Assembly (NCBI GenBank): GCA_040954595.2 | Contig: CM082593.2 | Span: 2,869,434-2,933,433 of the forward strand | Origin: Balanoglossus misakiensis | Lineage: Eukaryota; Animalia; Hemichordata | Direction: 5' to 3' | Length of the DNA stretch: 64,000 nucleotides | In this document: positions 12,301 through 24,755 of the stretch, one piece after another | Layout of the letters: each line of letters opens with the position of its first letter | Numbering within the stretch: position 1 is the first letter of the stretch | Translations under genes and position numbers: made by a program | Notes under the pieces: generated by a model | Told to the model about the DNA's origin: nothing | Databases searched by the model: none | Seen by the model: the letters and a program-made list of their open reading frames with translations, nothing else

Positions 12301-15300
12301 CACTGTTTTCGTCAACGAACCGAGGCCTTGCGGATGGGCTAAGTGAAGGCCATGGTGTTGTCTCTATGGGCGGCTTGGTTGAACAGAGACTTGAGGCACG
12401 GCATGTTAGTTTCTGCGGCCCGGAGGGCGGTGGATTCATGGGGGAGGTCACCCAGTCCCTAAGCAGCTGTAAGATACTTGCAGCGCACAGCCACCTGGTA
12501 TGTATTCTGTCAGACGGTACTCGGGGGGATTCCTGGCTATATTGATATTGGCCTTTCTCTGTCCATTCTCTAAGTCGTCTAAGTACTCTCGTATCGTTTT
12601 TATAAGTCGCGTCAGCATACAATTTACCACTGGGCACAGATTCAAACGAATAAAAACTACCGGCACATGGTATACAGAATTCAAGTGAGATCGGCGTCAT
12701 ACGTCGCCGACGCGCAACTGTATGTAAAGACTAAATTGCCCGTGACCGCATATTGCTTCTCGAGGAAAGTCGCCACCTGTGAGTTTCTGAAATAGTTGTG
12801 ATATGTGACCTGGATTGCGAACAATAGTCATAACAAAAGGGAAGCCCTGTCTCCCTGTGCAGCTGAAGAACATCTCGAAGTGATGATCTTAAATGTATTA
12901 TATTAGCAGCTTGGAGTGGCTGGGCCACTGTTGGACACAGAGCGGACTATATGTGTTACAGAACGGACTGCAAAGAATGATAAATGGAGTCGTGGAACCA
13001 TAGACACTCTACTGTCCACAGCGGTGCAATTCTCTGCGGGGGAGTCCACGACATACATTCAATGACAGTGCCACCAGGCGTGGTTCCTACTGCTTTGAGT
13101 CTAGCACGACCTACTTCAACATGACAGCACGTTACTTCGTTGGGTCACAAAGACTTTGGGGGATGAAAACACGGCTTCAAGTACGCTTTCTGTTCTTTGC
13201 TATGCCTCTGTTGTTTACCCTGACTGCAGAGGAAAGAGAGACAAGCAGCGTGTGGGCGTCGTTGCGGTAGTGGAATCGACGATCTAAAATATGTAATAAA
13301 CTCGAGCAATGGGCCCATGTTCCCAAGAATTCGGAGGGGGGGGGGGGCTATTGAAATTATATGAGATTTTGTTGAAAGAGGGTCTGGTGGCCTGGCGAGG
13401 TTAGCCTGGGATGCTACAAGGTCAGTAAATGACCTACATAGTCATATTTCCAAGTCGACATTACATCTGGACCGCTGTCCTGACCCTAGGACTTATGATG
13501 TAGTTGTTTTTCTATTCATATTGTCGGATATGATTTTTAACGGCGTCTCAGTTTTCCCCGGCCTCCGAACATCTGCGCCTCTGGTGTGCATTACCACAGC
13601 AACAACGCGCACGAATCCGTCACACTTTGATCCGCGGCCTGAAAGAGAACCCGGTCCAGGCACGGGGTTTAAAAGTCCACCAATCAAAATATTTACATGC
13701 TTCATGGGCCTAATAGACAATTCAGAAGCCGGAGCGGAGCCTCTGCGGTTTCAGGAATTCACACTCGATATCTCTACACATGTTTCTGTGCTGTACAATC
13801 ACACGCAGTTGTTTCTGTGTAACACGCCCCGTAGCTGTGTCTCCCCCCCCCCAGAACATCCGGGAAATTTGCTCCGGCATGGTAAACCTTTCGATGATTA
13901 CAACCATCCAGATACCCAGACAGACCCCCTGACAGATATCCAGACAGACTCGAAACAGATACCATATTCATGCGGAAAATTTAGGGAGGGCCCAACACTT
14001 CTATTACAGAACCTGGCAGTAACGGTTTTCACCAGTTCGCAAACTATTGGCCAAGGATGACGAAAAATGTAATAAAATTATTACTTATTGTGTCCAATTT
14101 TATTTTGTTTTGATATGCGATTTCATCTTGGTGTAGGCAAACCTGTATTATATGCAGTAATTTGGATGTGTGTGTCTTGGTTGAGTTGGTCCAGCTTTGA
14201 TGTGGTCCTCGCGGCGGCGATCAGACGGCTGGAGCAAGCGTTCAAGTTGTCCAGCGCTGACGTCAACATTATCAAATGTTGCCGTCTCCACGCATGGGTA
14301 GTCGCGCAAAAAGACCCAGGATTGGATTAGTAATGGCAGGAGGAGGTGGAAGAAAGGATACTTCGATACCAGAGTAACTTGTTAAATAATTATCAACGGA
14401 TCACTGCCCGTGTATTTCAGTCCGTGGGGTAAGGCACATAGCCGGGGAATTCGTGGCTTCTGGCCAAGTGGGATCATAGAAGAAGGGGTCGTTTTCGTCG
14501 GCCCGTTCCGGGGATGTGGCAGCGCGTGTGGGTGGAGACAATTTACTGTTGGTTAGATACCGTCGTGTGCCATCTACGACACGTGCTAGTCGCAAGCGAT
14601 GTGCTTGATTGGATTCTATCGGGATGCGCATCACTATTTGCGCCAACACTTGTTGATCGACAACCGATTGTGCAATTTATTAAACAACTTCTGATCGAGG
14701 GCATGTGGGTACGCTTTATCATCGTAGACGACAAACAGTCTCCACTACCGACACAAATTCCCCATTTATTTACTGATATTTACTTTAAGAAGCCGACAAT
14801 TAAAGCGAGATCGCGTTTGTTAGTTTCCTCAATCGGAAGATGGCGATCCCCAGATGAAAGGGTCGACAGATATATAACCACTTTTACTTTTATTAGAACA
14901 ACCTTGTCTAAATCACTCGGTTGCTGAATAATATACGACGAACAGGATCTTGGTAAATATTCACAACTCGTCAACTCTGCTCCCGATACTTGAGTTATTG
15001 TAGATAATATTGTCCATAAAACGGGGTCTACAATAAACAAACTGTTCTTCCAAATCAACATTGGCTGCCTAAAAGCAGTCAAATAAACGTGGCCATCCAT
15101 TAAGCACAGGAACTACTGTTTAAAACTTTACGAGGACGGTAACTAACCAAGACGCCATTTGACGTTTCTGTTGACAATATGGATGATAGAGTACTACGAT
15201 TTATGTTATTAGTATATGTGTAGCCTGGAACAGGTGGGAGACTTATTCAGGGCTGTTGGCGAGTATGGCGGAAATAAACAGGCGACCACGCATAGACAAT

Positions 15301-18300
15301 GCCCGCGTCTCGTCACCACATGTCTTCATCGACTACTAGTACACAAGAGATAGAATTCAGCAATCTATGCCTAAGAAATCGCCTTGAACGTCAAAAATGC
15401 CGACTATCAGCCATACCGGAGCATACAACCTAATAAATTGGCGTGCGTGAATCGAAGCTAAGTGTCTGGTATGTAACGCGGCTTTTTTTGCACGAAATAC
15501 CGTGGAATGAGAAAGGTATGTCTGCAGAGCGCAGGCGCGCCGGCATTTCAGCGTATCAGCGACGCGTCCCCGCGCAAGCAAAGATCATAAACATCTCTCC
15601 GCTAAGTGCTTTAATAGGTGCCAATTGTACGCCTATCTAAACTAATCAGCGTACATGTCGGTCTATTGGCCAGCCGCATTCCGATGAAGTATCGATGTTG
15701 GCAAAGAAACAAAAATGTGGGACACGTTCTTTCAGACTCGCTGGCCGTGGCAACTTCAATGCAGGAAATGGCGATGAGATAGAGGCTTCGGTAAATACCC
15801 GACAAAGTGAGATACGCGGGCAAAGGAATGGACGGGTGGGTTGCTTTACGCGATTTCCCCGTAAACAGATGAAATATTTCGCCTCCCGCCGATATCACCA
15901 ATTCCTTTCTCAGAAAGCTCCTCGTCAGGAGCTCTCAAATTCACCAGTGATTATGTAACTCTGCTACACAACAAAATCTATTTGGCGTTTTTGAAACTTC
16001 CTTTGCCAACAGATAAGGTACAATCTTGGACGTACCACATGACAATAGGACATCCGCGGTTCACTGCGCCTTGGTATACGTTTGTGGAGAACGATTATGT
16101 CCTCACTAAACAATGATATCTTGTCATTTGATATCGTTTAGTATGCTTAAAAATAGGGTGTTTTTCCTAAAGTTGCTTAAAGATATTTCAACCGGCGACC
16201 GGCCAATTTACTTTGACGTCATGAGTCTTAAGACGGCAAACAGTACAAAACACCGTCCCTACATAAAATAACGGTTTCGTTTTGCATCACTGGCAAATTA
16301 GGGCAAAATTTATAGGACCCTAAACTACATCCGCTGGGATGGAAAATGAAATACACTCTGTCATGGGTTTTCGGGCCCGGTCGCTTTCTCATGCGAGATG
16401 TGACCACAATAAATTGATGGATGTAACGAGCGACAGGACCACACTATGTTTCCCATGTCGGTCCTTGTTGAGTTCGCACAAAAGAACCATTCTGGTCTTT
16501 TCATGACACCCAAGGAAAAGGGTAATTCGAAGCTAACTGTTCCCTTTCTTTGGACACGGTAGCAGTCCTTTCAGACTAAAGTGTTCGTGTTCTGCATTGT
16601 AGTTGTGCGTGTAACTGGTCTTGTAACTTGATTGAGGAATTAACGAAAACGGAAGTGTCTCGATACGGACATTAGGCCGAGAATGGCCAGTGATCCAGAA
16701 GTATTGGTCTGGCATCGAAGCAAGTAGTAAGAATCTACGATTGGTTGCAAGTATTAGGGCAGGACAACGCGGGGTCTTTCAGTTCGAGTCGGTTGGCTCT
16801 AAAGCAGAATTTAGTCTTCAGGGTGCGATTAGAGTAATAGTAAAGGGGAGATCCCTTTTACATGTTGTCAGCAACCGTACAGTCTGTGATTGAATCATTG
16901 GTGGCATCATACTGTTTATGGTAGAATCGCAGACGTTTCCAGGAATGTGTGTACACATATGTACACATTGTCGGCTGGGGTGCATGTTGTTCTCCGCGAT
17001 TATTGCGCCAGAAATATGCGTCACTCTCGGCGTGATTGACAGCTGGAAGTGGACCAAGGCATGCGATGTTCACGTGCATTTACTCACTGGGCGGGTTGAC
17101 CTCAAATATTGACGCAATTCTCGGGGCCGCGTCACACAAAAACAGGACAAATACTGACAAACCTGTTAAGCGTGTCAATTAAAATCGGTGACAGGGGACA
17201 ACGTCTCTTGTCGGGGTGGGGGAGGGTGCCCTCACATGTAAAAAGGTAACATAGAACACCCGCTCAATTATTTTGGGTTTTGCTCATTGAAAATGTGCCG
17301 AGTCATCTATAGTAAAATGCGCTGCTGCAACAGAGGAGAAATGAAATCAACTTTTCCTGGAACACACATCCAAACAATCATATTTTGGATTCCGAGTCGA
17401 CGCCAGAAAACTTCTTAAAACTACTACTGTTTTGGGAAAATATCGCACTTCTGTCAAAAAAATCAGCAGGTGCACAGTACGTGTATCCACATGCGCGCAG
17501 TTATTTCCAAATAGTTCCTGTCGTGTTTGTTTGAGAAACTACTTTTTCACCGTGACAAATAACACTCCATTAGTCTCCTTATAGCGGATATTGCGCTAAC
17601 GACTGTCACTACTAAAAGACAACTGATAACAAAGTACACAGTGCATGTCGATGCAAAAAAATAAATAAAACCGAACGATGAGATGCTTTAGTACGGATGC
17701 TACAAACGTGCCTGTCAGTTTTCAGCTATAAAACACAGGAACTGGTTTATTTTACTGGAAGGCGATACAGAAGTTTTGACGTTTGCCGTAAAGTAATAGC
17801 AATATGCACGTAGCTCAAGTCGAGGTCGCGTTAAGTTCAACCAAAATTTGGCCCTGAATAGGACAGTTGGACAGTTAAGTACCCTGACCAACTCACAAAT
17901 CAGTAAAACGGTTCCTTTATGTGCCACTGAAGTCACTCCTTGGTAATTGTTACCGGTCCGTGCCATGTTCTGGGTCTGAAGGACAATTTATCACCTTCGA
18001 GGAGAATTTAAAGACGCATCATGCACTTAAAACGCTCCCTTATCTACATAATAAATAACTGTATGATAAACGCTGCAATGGGTGGGAGAAAACAGCGTCC
18101 ACAGCCTTGTGATTCTAGTATCCGTTGAATGCACTAAAGAGCACGTTATTATTCTATTTTAGATACTTCCTCCGTATATATTAAATACCAGTGTTTATTT
18201 GCAACCGAAATCCAACGCCGTCAAAATAAACCAAATTACTTTGTTTATTCTAGCCCCAAATTGTTGACGTATCACGTGTAAGCTGTTTCAATCAGATCAC

Positions 18301-19205
18301 AGAAATGCGGCAAGGGGATGAACCTCTGAGGTGAATTGGATTGCTCAAGTGATAAAGCGTGTGACACACCAAAAAGGAAAGTCGGGTGACGATGTAAAGT
18401 AAAAGAGCATGAAAAAGACCTGCGCGGTTGACTAAACTTTTTGAGACAACCAAAATTGCGTGACCCAAGCTAAAGAACTAAATTGATCAATTACATAGAA
18501 GGGAGTCAAGTTTTCGACAGTCTTGGCTACAAATAACAACCCTCAACAAATTGAATGAAGAGAAACAAGAAGGGCTGGTCGATTCGACCATGAGTGGATG
18601 ATAATCTTCGTTTAATTTACTCCAGGGGACCGTCCGTCGTTTGCAGTTGGCGATGGAGCGCTCGTCCGCGGTTTTATGTTTCACTGGTCTGTCTATCGCT
18701 CTGCCCTAATGAATTACATAGGGTTCGGTTTGTCAAGCATCCAGCGAGGTGCGTGTAACTTAAGACATGTGGGATAAATCCTTGGAGTTAATAGGAGCAT
18801 CTGTGCGGATTCGAGGGTGGATGGGATGCGGCCTAGGCTATAGGAGAAAATGTGTGGATAGCAAAGCATGCACTGGATATCATCAGTGTTTTTGCATTGC
18901 AAGATTCGACAATTGTCAAAGAAGGAAGAAAGTGTCGGCACTTTTGGACGCACGTGGATGTAATCTGTTTGTTTTTGCGACAAATTGTCGTTAAGGTGTT
19001 GAGCGTGATAAACAGTGACAGGGAGCAAATGTATTGTAGCTTCAAGTCCCACACTGAGAAGCCTGGCATTTGAGCGACAGTAACCAAAATAGGGTCAAGG
19101 GTTGACTTTTCCCAACGGTTTTCTTCAACCAAGGTCATGGGGAGACGTCGACATCACAGACTGCACTATCGTTAGACTTCGAAAAGTCAGTATTACAGTT
19201 TTAGC

Positions 19206-19267
<62 letters not shown>

Positions 19268-21418
19268 CTACTGGTGAAATAAAACAGTAAAGACTTCAAA
19301 TGAGTAGATCCCCATCGCCAAGAAAAATTTTCTATGAAAAGTTGTTTCTGCATACAGGAAACGCTACACCAACATTGTCAGGCGGCATCAAATGACAGAG
19401 ACTGGGATTTTCCTGTGAAAGATGAATTACAGGGAAATGGGACGTGCCAAACTTCTGACCCTGGAGAGCACATCTCTCAAAGTCCCTCGTTTCCCGCCAA
19501 GGCAAAAGGCGAAATCCGCGTTGACCTCTGACCTCACACAAGGATTAACCTTTTTTCGTATGAAATTAAGAATGACAGGTCGCCTTTGGAGACTGGAGAG
19601 AAACATCCGGGTATTATTACACACCAAAATGTCAAATCGAATAAAAATCAACGATGCTCAATGCGTTGTTTCTTTTCAGTGTCCACCAACAAAAACGGCA
19701 CACTTCATCGGAGAAAATGGCATATACCGTTTATACATCAACAGTGCCGCTCTGGTTTTGTGGACTGCTACGTGTATTCTTTTGTAACAAAGGTCATAAG
19801 TCTGTGTACAGCGAAGGTGGCACAGCATTCCTTGGAGTTAGCTCTGCGTACAGGTCTGTGTTGTTCCCGGCGTTACACGGGAGTCGGTTAGGAGGCAGAA
19901 GTAGACAGGGAAATGATTTTGCTTCGATAAAATCGAATTTCGGCCGAAAAATATGCGGTCCGGATCCGGACCGCAGAAGCACCAGTTTTTTCTATGGCGC
20001 CTTGCAGGGCTGTGGGTGGAGGCCGTATAACGCCGGGAACACACAGACCTGTACGCAGAGCTATCCTTGGAGTGTGTTTGCCCTTGAAGCACGCATTTTT
20101 CCGCGCATTCACTATTTTGCTGAAACCTTTAGATGTCACTGGTCTGTTGCAGTCCCTTTTGGGAGGATGGAATTTTGAAAGATATTGTGAACTGATTGTC
20201 TTCGTCACGTGAATAGTTTTACTGTTGTGTGATAATGGGCAAGACGTGGGGTGGAGCGAATTGTTCTAAGTGGCTATTAACACCCTTTGTGCGAAGAAAG
20301 TCAGCCACTAATTGAGTTAAAAGAATGTGTGAAATTTCACACCAAACAGGCGGAAAATCCACGCCATGAATAAGCTTAGAAATGTCTACCGTGCAAATAA
20401 AACGTGGTCTGCACATATGGGGGAGACCGCGGAGACTTTTTTGTAATAGAGTTAACTTTCTGCTCGCGTCCCGCTGAGGAGCGATCGTCAAAAAAATCCA
20501 CTTGCGCTCAACAGCTATGACGGGTCACCACTTGTTCCGCTCTCGCACGGCGACTTAATTTTCTTGCAGATCGATTAAAAAACGCTAGTAAATCTCCCAG
20601 GGTCCCAATAAACAAATCGATCGAACTCCCACCCCGTGTCTTTTATTCGAATTTTCCCTATTAAATGAAAAGTAACGCTGGTAAAAAAGTACACAGATTC
20701 ACACAGTTTTCAATAGACTGACTGACTGAGACAGTGAAGGATATATATTATAGCCCCGTGGTCGCTTACAGACGTATATCCAAAGTGCACCATAGAAGCC
20801 TATATACTCGGAATATGTCCCCGGGCACTGAATCACTGTACTACGCGCGCTGGGGAACGGCAATGGGGCCCATTTTACCCAAATGGAAATTTGGGCACTC
20901 GTTGTGATTGGCACCATTTCTTAATATGCGCTTTCTCTAATCGCAATGTTCTTTGAACCTATTAATTTTCCTATTAAACGCGCCGGGTGTATGTATGTAG
21001 TTTGTGACGCTTTTCTTTTCTTTTTTACAAAAGCTTAAATCACACGGTGTTAAAAATCAAACACCGTGAAAACTGTATACAACAAGTTGGGGCCAAGAGG
21101 TGCGCGGACCTATGACGTTGTCAACGCATTGTGTAAATAGAACCCAAGTTAGGAGATAATTATTGTAACAGTATTGTGTACACTTCAAGTGCCACATGAT
21201 GAAACTGATAAAAGGGCCTACCCGGTCGCTCCGGTGAGGTGACAACAGAAGAACAATAACTCACCAGCTTTGCATGGATTGGTGAAATCTTCCTTGCTAA
21301 GTGACGCTGTCTCCTCCGTTGTTGGGACGATTTCCACAGGAGTTTCCGCCGCCACTCGGCCTTCGCAGAGAATCGGCAGCGCAACCAAGAGAACGGTCCA
21401 CAGAATTTTGACAGTCAT
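4481..21418 (-). CDS. BMP1: Tolloid/BMP1-like astacin metalloprotease (signal peptide-prodomain-astacin-CUB1-CUB2-EGF1-CUB3-EGF2-CUB4-CUB5), 19 coding exons, ~979 aa
   Basis: Phase-consistent GT-AG exons, listed 5'->3': 21265-21418, 11978-12103, 11688-11804, 11371-11494, 10721-10899, 10261-10494, 9952-10170, 9611-9727, 9324-9469, 8974-9169, 8694-8816, 8342-8502, 6535-6715, 6243-6368, 5863-5990, 5538-5751, 5235-5320, 4861-5025, 4481-4624 (total 2940 nt). Motifs: signal peptide [20 protein letters not shown]; prodomain [17 protein letters not shown] (spans exons 1/2); furin site RSVR|[10 protein letters not shown]; zinc motif [19 protein letters not shown]; Met-turn SIMHY; five CUB and two Ca-binding EGF domains. 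An invertebrate gene like this is co-orthologous to vertebrate BMP1/TLL1/TLL2. Confidence 0.97.
4701..4793. mobile_element. ~93-bp piggyBac-type MITE in the last tolloid intron
   Basis: The left end TTGACCCTTTCATC and the right end GGTGAAAGGGTTAA are inverted repeats with TTAA-CCC-type termini (left TTAA mutated to TTGA). A related partial copy lies at 5797-5838. Confidence 0.6.
5797..5838. mobile_element. Partial second copy (right end) of the same TTAA-CCC MITE family, in tolloid intron 15
   Basis: AAAACAATGGTTTGGACTGAACCATGGCGGTGAAAGGGTTAA closely matches AAAACAATGGATTTGGACTAAACCATGATGGTGAAAGGGTTAA at 4751-4793. Confidence 0.6.
6030..6075. repeat. (GACA)n-type microsatellite, intronic
   Basis: Run of ACAG units; a similar run lies at ~8025-8050. 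Confidence 0.85.
6874..6922. repeat. (AAC)n/(TAC)n trinucleotide microsatellite, intronic
   Basis: Direct reading of AAC repeats followed by TAC repeats. Confidence 0.85.
7559..7784. mobile_element. Degenerate TIR element (TTAA-flanked, Kolobok-like MITE) in tolloid intron 12
   Basis: TAAAGACCTAGTTGCTGTATTTTTGACAATTTTTTTG (7560-7596) is an imperfect inverted repeat of CAAAAAAATTGCCCAAAAATGCAGCTCCAAGCTCTTTAA (7747-7785). Confidence 0.45.
9232..9315. repeat. (GAAA)n purine microsatellite in tolloid intron 9
   Basis: Run of AGAA units followed by GACA units. Confidence 0.9.
19209..19267. repeat. (CAT)n microsatellite in tolloid intron 1
   Basis: About 19 perfect CAT units. Confidence 0.95.
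19839..20063. mobile_element. 225-bp non-autonomous DNA transposon (MITE) with ~40-bp TIRs, TAG..CTA ends and a 10-bp TSD; AcademH-like
   Basis: Left TIR TAGCTCTGCGTACAGGTCTGTGTTGTTCCCGGCGTTACACGG; right TIR CCGTATAACGCCGGGAACACACAGACCTGTACGCAGAGCTA; flanking direct repeat TCCTTGGAGT at 19829-19838 and 20064-20073. Confidence 0.85.
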
Positions 21419-21494
21419 GCTTTCAACTCGGGTGAATGGCCCAGCCAGCCGTCGGGTTTTGAGTTGACTGTAGTGGTTACGAAATACAAACGTA

Positions 21495-21590
21495 TTTATA
21501 TAGCGCGGCGCGATGGATCGATTCAACCAGACGGGTCGCGGTCGGTTCCGTTTGGTGAAACTCGTCTGGGCTGTGTGACGCTTATATATA
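21495..21590 (-). promoter_or_regulatory. Candidate tolloid core promoter (TATA-like boxes)
   Basis: TATATAAA (minus strand, ~21495-21502) and TATATATAAG (21581-21590) lie ~80 and ~165 nt upstream of the ATG at 21418, in CpG-rich sequence. Confidence 0.4.
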
Positions 21591-24305
21591 GCCAGAGAAG
21601 TGATTTAGTCCATCCACGTGATGGGTACACACAGTGGGCTGGAATACAACCGTAAAATACAGTGCAGCAGCCGAACGCAAGCCAGCATTGACAAGAGCGC
21701 TGTGTTTACATTTGACAACTTGTAATACCAGCCTCTATTGAAAAGGTGTCAGTTTCGCGGCGAACTGGCCAATCAGGGGTGAGCACGGCAACGTCGGGCT
21801 TGCCTCGAAATGTGAGGGGTGCCATCGATGATTGGTGATAACGCGGCTATTGTTTAACTTGTTTATTGTTCTGTTTGAGTATCAGTAGGAGCCGCGATTA
21901 AATCAGACGGTATTACAATCATCAACCTGGACTCCAGAGATAGTTGAGACAATAGATTTTCTTTTAATATTCAGAATTACTGCATTCTTTCAGAATGTTT
22001 ACATGCGAATGGCTATAAGTTAATTGTCAATCTTATCTGATGGGTTGAATGGCAACAGCTTTCTAAACTTTTGACAAATTGTTTTGTCAAGTGCGTTCAC
22101 AGACGAACGTCACCAGTGTTTCAAGTACGATTGAGTTCCGCGCCCTCTATCGACCTGTTGACCAGGCACTTGACGATACCATTGTTGGCTCTCTGTTGCC
22201 ATGCTCAGGTATAGGTGCTAGGTAACCGGTTGAGAAGAACCTTGTTCACATGGAAACGCCCCAGTGTTTCACCATCTATGCTTTATGGGGTTTCGAGCCC
22301 TCCGCGCTATTTCAAACCGCCCATTCATTGTTTAGCAGTGAAGGGAGATTCATGGCCAATATGGATGACGGGTAAACTCATTATGTCCACTCGGTGGCAG
22401 TTCAAAGTGACGTCACTGCTTTGGATTGCAGATTTTTAAATGAAGTAAGACTTTGTGGAGCTTTAAAATATATGAGTGACCATCCTAGATATAGGGTCGG
22501 TATGAAACTGATATATGCCAAATAATACCGATTGTGCGTGCACGTACCATCCTAGTACAGTTGCGAGGAAGGAGACGCAATCCCCTAAGGGAATATTTAA
22601 ATCTTACTCCTAAACGAGTGCTAAGCAACGAATTCCCTTTGTCAGCCGAGCGCATTTGTCAGATAACACGCTCTACAAACGCATGGCCGAGTCCAGGTGT
22701 AGTGATCAGCACAATCGAGTATTGTGTTATCGATTATAAATTAGCACGTACAAAAAAAACTGTCGCTATGGCGCGTCATCCTCACAAATCAAACCACAGC
22801 GTTTTGATGAAGCCGCATGGCTATCTCTGCGCTGTGACGATTTTTGTTTGGGTGTCGGTTGGTACAAAGATATATGACATCAATGGCACGTGCCCTGTGT
22901 CACGGGCGTTACGATCCAGGGCTGAGGTGTAGGGCAGGGTCGGTTGGGGCGGGGGGGGGGGGGTGGCACAACACTTCCTGTTAATTGTGTACCTCCCGGT
23001 ATTAATAACGATTTCGTTTTTATGCCTCTATTTTTGCAAGTTCCCTAATTTATTGGCTCGGTTCCCCGGCGCTTTGTACCAGGTTACCGTTCATATCTCT
23101 GGAAGAGGATCTACATCAGGGGCGTTTACATGGAGTATCATATGTGCATGTACCAGGCATATACATGTACGCGTATATCCCTTATCGGAACAACCCTGGG
23201 AAAAAAACTAAAAGCAGAACACATCCTTTGTCTAAGACAACCATGAATAAATACACGCTGTGTATCAATTCCAAAAGCATTGCAAAATACTATTAAAACC
23301 TAGTATTCCGTTTGTCAACAAAAGCCTCAGCAACAACCACTGTTATTGTTGACAACTTAATTCGAGTCCGACCTTGAATTCAGTTGTCAACAATAACAAT
23401 GCTTACTGTCCCTACATATGACCTGCTGGTGATCCAACTATTGTTGATCCGGATATCTTCGCGACATCCCCTCTTCAGTTTATTCGACCAGCGCATGCGT
23501 CATGAAAATTGATTGACAGCAGTAGATAAACGTGCAATACATTTTACATTGTAGAAAAATTCGGAAGGGTAAATTGGCTGGCAATAATTGAATTAAATCG
23601 GAGGAATGAGTATGCCAGTAAAGTTGCTGACAAATGCGTAACTGTAGGATAGTATCGTCAGACTTTATTTTATCCCAAATTTAGGAAATCACAAATAAGC
23701 TTATAAACGCATTGGAGAATAGACATCCTGTTTATTTTTAAATGAAGACATCTGTTAGTCTCTGCCCTCGTATGGTCTGACCTGGCGGGGGGGGGGGGGG
23801 GATGGGAGGTCACATAGCGCCCCCAACGATATTTGACTGAGTACTATTGTTTTCACGTTCAAATGCTAAGTTACGTTTCCTGCTGGCGACATTCGCTTCC
23901 GTGTTCCACGATGAAATATAGACGATTCATTGAAAACCTCATTATCTACATGCAACTGTACACGAGTGATGAGCGGGTGCTGACCGCCAAAACAATAAAT
24001 TTCAATCAACCAGTGTGATATTTTACAAGTTAAAGTCCTGAAAGAGGAATAAATCTTCGATACCAATTTCCGATTCTATCGAAATGTAATCTCCAAAGTA
24101 ATTCGGTGACGCTGTTTTTTTTTCCATTGTGGCTGTTTCTCCTGGGATGTGCTGTCGTACAAGCAGGAACCTCGTCCGAGGACAATTATTTCCTCACAGC
24201 ACAAGCGCGATGTAATTGCTGTCAAAATACAGAAATTCCCGTTCTCCTTATGCTGTCTTCATCAACATGAAAGTCTTGCCGACGTGCGGCCGTGCAGTTC
24301 CTCGG

Positions 24306-24755
24306 TCACTTGCAGTGTTTCTCGCAGAAGCGGCTACAAGCAGCTAGCGACGACGAGCAGTCCGGCAACCGGCAGTATCCGCACATAGACGGCAGCGGAG
24401 CCGGTTTGTCGTCCGCTTGATTTGAGGTCTTTGCGGCGGCGGCTGCCTCGCGCTGGTGATGGGTACTGTCGTCACATATTTCTCCGTTGCTGGGGTGACA
24501 ATCATTTGTCGCCAGCGGAGGCTTGGCTAATGTCACTTCCAAGGCGTCACTCAGCAACGGCGCGAGGACGTCGGTGACGTTGTTGCCTAGCTGACATAAT
24601 TCCCCGTCTCCGGTCCGACAGTCGTCCTTCGATTGCGGCTCTGACGTCATTGGCCCGGAGTCTCGAGCAAGTTCGGAAATAGGCAGTGCCACACACACCA
24701 CAACCACGGACACCAGGGCAGTTACAATTACTTGTCTGAGATGAGCCTTTTCCAT
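24306..24755 (-). CDS. Uncharacterised secreted Cys-rich protein, 149 aa, single coding exon (possible peptide precursor)
   Basis: ORF MEKAHLRQVIVTALVSVVVVCVALP... has a signal-peptide-like hydrophobic N-terminus, two internal DCxxxxGExC repeats (DCRTGDGELC, DCHPSNGEIC) and a C-terminal 6-Cys module CGYCRLPDCSSSLAACSRFCEKHCK. It is GC-rich relative to its flanks. A splice acceptor (TTTCATTTACAG) ends 11 nt before the ATG, implying an upstream non-coding exon; one candidate donor is GTAAGT at ~25448. Confidence 0.75.
   Translation of the reverse strand: MEKAHLRQVIVTALVSVVVVCVALPISELARDSGPMTSEPQSKDDCRTGDGELCQLGNNVTDVLAPLLSDALEVTLAKPPLATNDCHPSNGEICDDSTHHQREAAAAAKTSNQADDKPAPLPSMCGYCRLPDCSSSLAACSRFCEKHCK

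Noticed and set aside
19654-20212. Overlapping 70-174 aa ORFs on both strands
   Set aside because: They arise from the GC-rich MITE inverted repeats; no transposase motif is present.
21218-21526. Independent small secreted-peptide gene
   Set aside because: It is tolloid exon 1: NPCKA splices in phase to GRIGDIAL at 12103, rebuilding the conserved prodomain motif.
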